Part shown: positions 39,518-44,504 of the stretch, in pieces | Position numbering within the stretch: the first letter of the stretch is position 1 | How the letters are laid out: every line of letters begins with the position of its first letter | Virus record (IMG/VR): IMGVR_UViG_2537561991_000021 | Direction: 5' to 3' (one strand) | DNA from: a virus | Lineage: Duplodnaviria; Heunggongvirae; Uroviricota; Caudoviricetes | Length of the DNA: 44,504 bases | Made by a program: the position numbers and the translations under genes | Notes under the pieces: model-generated | The model's database searches: none | The model's input: only the letters and a program-made list of their open reading frames with translations | Told to the model about the DNA's origin: nothing

Positions 39518-39652
39518 ATGTCATTTAAATACCGGGACAGTCCGCTTTATTACCGGACTGTGCGGGAGGCTTTGCACCTTGAACAGTCCGGCGGGTACGA
39601 CCGGGCGATGCAGGTCTGGGCCAAAGCGAACGTCGGTTTGATTTTTGTCTGA
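39518..39652 (+). CDS. small hypothetical protein (44 aa)
   Basis: ATG ORF MSFKYRDSPLYYRTVREALHLEQSGGYDRAMQVWAKANVGLIFV between the terminator and the zinc-finger gene; below the ORF-track cutoff. Confidence 0.3.
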   Translation: MSFKYRDSPLYYRTVREALHLEQSGGYDRAMQVWAKANVGLIFV

Positions 39653-39688
39653 TGCAGAACATGCGCGAAAAGCGTAAGGAGGTGGACG

Positions 39689-39883
39689 ATGTCTAATATC
39701 GATAATAAGGGTTGGGGGTTCCCCGCTCTGTCAAAAAAAGCACATTTCTTTAATTCGGGGGAAGCCATATCACTATGCGGAAAATGGATGTTCATAGGTA
39801 TCAGGATTGATGAATGGCATGACCATCCTGAGAACTGCGCTATCTGCATGAAGAAACGCAAAAAGCAGGAAGGCGAAAGCTAA
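39689..39883 (+). CDS. small zinc-finger-like protein
   Basis: 64 aa with a strong AAGGAGG RBS; Cys/His cluster (C...HDHPENCAIC); stop overlaps the VRR-NUC start (TAATG). Confidence 0.55.
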   Translation: MSNIDNKGWGFPALSKKAHFFNSGEAISLCGKWMFIGIRIDEWHDHPENCAICMKKRKKQEGES

Positions 39884-40170
39884 TGGCCTATGAACGTGAA
39901 AACCTAATCGAAAAGCACCTCGTCGCTGAAGTAAAAAAGGCTGGCGGGGTTGCCTTTAAGTTCGTATCCCCCGGTCGCCGCTCGGTACCAGATCGCATTG
40001 TTCTGCTACCCGGCGGTCGTATCATTTTCGTTGAATGTAAATCCCCCGGCAAGCCACCACGGCCTGACCAGTTGCGCGAACACGGACGGTTGCGCGCGCT
40101 GGGCTTTACCGTAGTGGTGCTGGATAGCAAAAATCTGGAGGCCATTATTTTAAGCCGCAATAAAGGATAA
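39883..40170 (+). CDS. VRR-NUC domain nuclease
   Basis: 95 aa; PD-(D/E)XK-type residues in DRIVLLPGGRIIFVECKSPGK, as in VRR-NUC proteins. Confidence 0.7.
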   Translation: MAYERENLIEKHLVAEVKKAGGVAFKFVSPGRRSVPDRIVLLPGGRIIFVECKSPGKPPRPDQLREHGRLRALGFTVVVLDSKNLEAIILSRNKG

Positions 40171-40182
40171 AAGACTTATGCT

Positions 40183-40980
40183 TTAATCCGTATTTTTAAC
40201 ACGTATTTCGAAACACCCTTTTAATTTAGCTATTTCCTTTTTAGAGGACATGATTGTGAATCTCATCCCTTTTAAATCATTAACAAATTCAAATTTTGCG
40301 CTATTTGACTCACAATCACCAACAACAAAACCACTACCAAATGAATTGAGCAACACTTTAGTATTACTACCATCTACCATATAATATTCGTTATTTTTAA
40401 ATGCAGTAACCTTCCCGAATGTATAGCTCAATATCAACAACGTTATCACCCCTAAAGGAAAAGCTGACTTTAGGATTTTTAAATCGATATAATAAAATAC
40501 GTTCTTATACTCTGCAAGCCTCCCAAATTTTCTAATGCTCTCCATATGATGTTCGTGTCTCTTACTATGGATTGGCATGGACACCACATTGTGATAATTC
40601 AACAAAAGCATAGCAAATAATAAAATATCCTGAACACTCATCACAGAAGTTTCGGAGAAATAACCAAAAGGCCAATGAAATCCTATTATACAAATATTAG
40701 CCATTAGCATAACAACTATAAATACAATAAATGGAACATAATATTTCCCTTTCAAATCAAACATCAACGCCGCATATAAGGCGCCGAGAAATAAAAAACT
40801 AAAAAACAAAAGCCACACAGCCGAATACAATAGCGTATTTAAGTCTATTTTAATAAAAAGGTCTGGATAGCCATAATACGATGCAACACCTTTCTGAAAA
40901 GAATATGCCATCGCATAAGCTAACGCTGAAAACATAGTTAATAAAGAAACTTGCTTTGTAAATATTTTCGCCAGGGGCAT
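40183..40980 (-). CDS. AT-rich polytopic membrane protein with C-terminal soluble domain, antisense to the early operon
   Basis: 265 aa; strong GGAGG RBS; five or more hydrophobic helices in the N-terminal 150 aa and a soluble C-terminal domain of about 110 aa; very low GC. Confidence 0.65.
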   Translation of the reverse strand: MPLAKIFTKQVSLLTMFSALAYAMAYSFQKGVASYYGYPDLFIKIDLNTLLYSAVWLLFFSFLFLGALYAALMFDLKGKYYVPFIVFIVVMLMANICIIGFHWPFGYFSETSVMSVQDILLFAMLLLNYHNVVSMPIHSKRHEHHMESIRKFGRLAEYKNVFYYIDLKILKSAFPLGVITLLILSYTFGKVTAFKNNEYYMVDGSNTKVLLNSFGSGFVVGDCESNSAKFEFVNDLKGMRFTIMSSKKEIAKLKGCFEIRVKNTD

Positions 40981-41043
40981 ACCCGCCTCCGTTAGTTATA
41001 TATATAGAGAGAGAAGTGACCATATTCTACCATAGGTGTATTA

Positions 41044-42438
41044 ATGAATAGCATATTCCACCCCAGAGTTTATCAAAACCTCATAATCAATCACCAAACT
41101 AACATTCTGCGCGGCAACATCTGGGCGGGTATGGGAATGGGTAAAACCGTGGCAACGCTCACTGCGCTGGAAGATCTCTTTATGGCAGGGGCAGAAACAT
41201 GCCCCGCACTGGTCCTCGCGCCGCTGCGCGTGGCTGCCAGCACATGGCCGGATGAAGCACTGAAGTGGGGACATTTGCGCAATATCGAGGTGCAGCCAAT
41301 TATTGGTAATGCCAAAGCGCGCTCTATGGCGCTGACGAACAGCAACGCAAGCGTGTTCACCATCAACTACGATAACCTTGTCTGGCTGATTGAAGAATTG
41401 GGAGAACGATGGCCGTTCGGTACTGTCATTCCAGATGAAAGCACCCGGCTAAAATCCTTCCGGCTGCGCGGTGGTGGTAAGCGCGCGGCGGCGCTGGGCA
41501 AAGTGGCGCATAAGTATGTCCGGCGCTGGATAAATCTCACCGGTACGCCAGCACCGAACGGCCTGGTAGATTTGTGGGGACAATCGTGGTTTGTGGACCA
41601 GGGGCAACGTCTCGGGCGCACTTACGGCGCGTTTACCTCACGCTGGTTCAACTCGATACAGTTTCCGGGGCAGAGCTGGACCAAACTGGAGCCTTTTGCT
41701 CACTCACAGGGTGAAATACAGCGAGCGTTAGCCGATGTAACCCTCTCGCTGGATGCGGCCGACTGGTTCGATATCAAAGACCCCATCCATAACGTAATCC
41801 GCGTGGATATGCCACCGAAGGCCCGTCAGCAGTATCGTGAAATGGAAAAGGAAATGTTCCTCGAGCTGAATGGCGAAGGCATCGAAGCACCGAACGCCGC
41901 GGCAAAGACACTGAAGTGTCTGCAAATCGCCAGCGGCGCAGTATACACAGATGACACCGGAAGTTGGTCAGAACTGCATGACACCAAACTACAGGCGCTG
42001 GACAGCATACTGACCGAAGCAGCTGGCGCACCTGTGCTGGTTGCTTATCACTGGAAACACGATCTTGAACGCTTGCTTAAAGCATTCCCTCGCGGTCGTC
42101 ACCTCGACCAGGATCCACAGACACTGCGCGACTGGAATTCCGGAAAGATTCCTGTTCTCTTTGCACACCCAGCCAGCGCGGGCCACGGCCTGAACATGCA
42201 GGACGGCGGAAATATACTGGTATTTTTCTCACACTGGTGGGACCTGGAGCAATATCAGCAAATTATTGAACGTATCGGCCCCACCAGGCAGATACAGGCC
42301 GGACACAATCGTCCGGTATTTATTCACCACATTATTGCTGCCGACACTATGGATGAAATGGTGATGGAGCGGCGCAACTCAAAACGAACAGTGCAGGACA
42401 TCCTGCTCGATGCCATGAAAAAGAGAGGTATAGCATGA
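41044..42438 (+). CDS. SNF2/DEAD-like superfamily II helicase
   Basis: Walker A GMGMGKT, DExx box VIPDESTRLK, C-terminal helicase motifs (GHGLNMQ, QIIERIGPTRQ). Confidence 0.8.
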   Translation: MNSIFHPRVYQNLIINHQTNILRGNIWAGMGMGKTVATLTALEDLFMAGAETCPALVLAPLRVAASTWPDEALKWGHLRNIEVQPIIGNAKARSMALTNSNASVFTINYDNLVWLIEELGERWPFGTVIPDESTRLKSFRLRGGGKRAAALGKVAHKYVRRWINLTGTPAPNGLVDLWGQSWFVDQGQRLGRTYGAFTSRWFNSIQFPGQSWTKLEPFAHSQGEIQRALADVTLSLDAADWFDIKDPIHNVIRVDMPPKARQQYREMEKEMFLELNGEGIEAPNAAAKTLKCLQIASGAVYTDDTGSWSELHDTKLQALDSILTEAAGAPVLVAYHWKHDLERLLKAFPRGRHLDQDPQTLRDWNSGKIPVLFAHPASAGHGLNMQDGGNILVFFSHWWDLEQYQQIIERIGPTRQIQAGHNRPVFIHHIIAADTMDEMVMERRNSKRTVQDILLDAMKKRGIA

Positions 42439-42635
42439 GCGAGAAACCCGACGATTTACTCACCCCGGATGAAGTATGCCAAAAGTTAGGTATTACACAG
42501 AAAACGCTATGTGAGTGGAATATTAAGCATCGTCATCGGGCTATCCTGGCACCAATTCGTTTCAGTGCAAAAGTAGTTCGTTATGAGCGCCGAAATATCG
42601 ACGCTTTTATTCAAAAATGTCGCAGCCAGTATTAA
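42435..42635 (+). CDS. xis: excisionase / AlpA-like DNA-binding protein
   Basis: 66 aa; LLTPDEVCQKLGITQKTL HTH with downstream basic region; last gene of the early operon, converging on the integrase. Confidence 0.6.
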   Translation: MSEKPDDLLTPDEVCQKLGITQKTLCEWNIKHRHRAILAPIRFSAKVVRYERRNIDAFIQKCRSQY

Positions 42636-44035
42636 CCTCGCCGCCGTAGCAATGCCACCTGCGCAAGTATGCTCCGCTCGTGAGCCTCGAAAGCTTCGCG
42701 CTTCAACGCAATCTCTTCCTGTAAAATCTCATCAGAAAAGTCGTAATGTTCTGCCATCGGGTCATCTGACTTGCTGGAGTGGTGAAGGCAAAGGAGGCTG
42801 ATTTCCCTTCGGTCTGAGCGGGAATAGCCTCTTTCCTTCATCAAGGCAATAACATTGCTCTTAAGGAATTTACGGCACATCGTATTAAATGCACCGTCTT
42901 TCCCTTTAACAGTCCCATCATGTTTTATTCCTTTTACAGCCCCGTCCGGGCTGTATGTTTTCACCAGCTTATCCAGTGATCGTTTTGAAAATGGCTGCAT
43001 TGGATCACGTGGCTGCAAAAATACATAATCCCTGTTGCACTCAGGAACTGAATCACGCCAGGCTTTCTGCTCGTCGATAATCCGCCGGATCTCAGGGGTT
43101 ATCGGCAGGCGGAAAGCCTTTTGTGTTTTCATAGCCCCTCGCATGCCGATAACCCCTTCCGGATAAACAATTTCACCAGCCTCCTCGTGAACGTAGTCCC
43201 AGCGCAGGTTATGGACATTAATCGGACGAACACCAGTGATGATCATGAAGCGAACAGCATTCTTCTGGTGTACAGAGGTGCAGGCAGCAACATTGAGCCA
43301 GAGTCGGGCGATTGATTCAATATCGGTAAAAAGCCGTGTGGGGGTAGGTTTCTGTACGCGGGAGGAAACATAATCATCTGGCAGACTGGCGGCAACATTG
43401 CGGCCGTTGCAAAGAGTAGGTGCGCAGAACTTCCAGAACCGACGGAGCTCGGCAAACAACTCCAGGGCGTTATTGTTCGAGCGAGTAGCGATCCACTCGT
43501 CCAGCACTTCCACCAGCCGATTGTATGTTACGTCGCTGAACACCTCGCGCTCGCCGAACGTTGCTTTAATCCGGTCGATACGCACCCCGTAGGTTGTGAA
43601 ACTGTCCGGGCTCAGCTTCTGCCGGGCGACTTTGGCTTTGAGGTCATCCCGGTACATTTCCAGCGCTGCATGTACGGACTCTGCCCGCAGGCCACCGTCA
43701 GCCATACCTAGCGCTTTTTCGCGCGCCAGCTGGATAGCGAGCTCCGGCCACTCGCCGAGCTTTTTACCTTTGAGGCCCATCTTTTTTGGAAACTCGGCGT
43801 AAAATGTAACCTTACCGGCTTTGCTGAAATCGATACGGAGATAGTTCTCTTTTTCGTATTTGGAACGGCGAGCCACGCCGGAAGCAGCGAGGATGATTTT
43901 GGCGGCAGCAACACAGATTTTCATGTGTGCGCTAGTATAGGGGGGTTTACAGGCGTCCCATTTTTCAGAAGCGGCTAAAACATCGTCATTATTGGGGCTA
44001 TCCGGATTATGTGTTACAGTGCGCGGCATTCTCAA
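42632..44035 (-). CDS. int: tyrosine-type site-specific integrase
   Basis: C-terminal catalytic region (GVRPINVHNLRWDY, LLCLHHS, EHYDFS) with a candidate arm-binding N-terminal domain. The ORF-track start is TTG; the true start is probably an internal ATG. Confidence 0.75.
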   Translation of the reverse strand: MRMPRTVTHNPDSPNNDDVLAASEKWDACKPPYTSAHMKICVAAAKIILAASGVARRSKYEKENYLRIDFSKAGKVTFYAEFPKKMGLKGKKLGEWPELAIQLAREKALGMADGGLRAESVHAALEMYRDDLKAKVARQKLSPDSFTTYGVRIDRIKATFGEREVFSDVTYNRLVEVLDEWIATRSNNNALELFAELRRFWKFCAPTLCNGRNVAASLPDDYVSSRVQKPTPTRLFTDIESIARLWLNVAACTSVHQKNAVRFMIITGVRPINVHNLRWDYVHEEAGEIVYPEGVIGMRGAMKTQKAFRLPITPEIRRIIDEQKAWRDSVPECNRDYVFLQPRDPMQPFSKRSLDKLVKTYSPDGAVKGIKHDGTVKGKDGAFNTMCRKFLKSNVIALMKERGYSRSDRREISLLCLHHSSKSDDPMAEHYDFSDEILQEEIALKREAFEAHERSILAQVALLRRRG

Positions 44036-44234
44036 TCCTTATCTGCGTAGGCGCAGAAAACAAGCTCACACATACAAGTCTTTTCTACGGGACAAAATGC
44101 AATGTGTTGCGGTTTAGTGTTGCTGGACTGAGTTTATCAAGGTTAAATACACTGGATCAACATACAGTAAGTTAATGACAGTAAAGCATACAAACTCGAT
44201 ACAACTTACTGATTTTAAAATGATTTAACGGTAA

Positions 44235-44504
<270 letters not shown>

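Overview
Most of this window is one prophage of a temperate, contractile-tailed phage, apparently in an Escherichia-like host: the endolysin is nearly identical to lambda R as recalled from memory, and the flanking gene looks like yfhL. Layout, all read from the sequence: (1) 1..2117, an IS66-family element running off the left edge, which truncates the tail-fiber assembly gene. (2) 2118..22676 on the minus strand, a complete late operon in reverse order: tail fiber, baseplate, tape measure, chaperone with a -1 frameshift, tube, sheath, head-tail connectors, capsid, scaffold, portal, terminase. (3) 22738..24067, a lysis cassette (holin, endolysin, spanin). (4) 24068..25307, the late control region with a Q-type antiterminator. 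(5) 25308..28741, a candidate iteron origin, a primase, and a divergent cro-like / CI-like immunity switch. (6) 28742..42635 on the plus strand, an early operon carrying a phage-encoded replisome (Cas4-like nuclease, SSB-like protein, family-A DNA polymerase, VRR-NUC, SNF2 helicase) ending in xis, with a convergent integrase next to the host ferredoxin gene. A 3.5-kb IS66-family composite with an 8-bp target duplication splits the SSB-like gene. The most interesting content is accessory: a TIR-like-domain protein with its own terminator inside the early operon, two AT-rich antisense membrane-protein genes, and a three-gene secreted/membrane-protein cassette with its own terminator inside the baseplate cluster. 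None of these could be matched to a characterised system from sequence alone. All family assignments are from motif recall and gene order; no database search was run.
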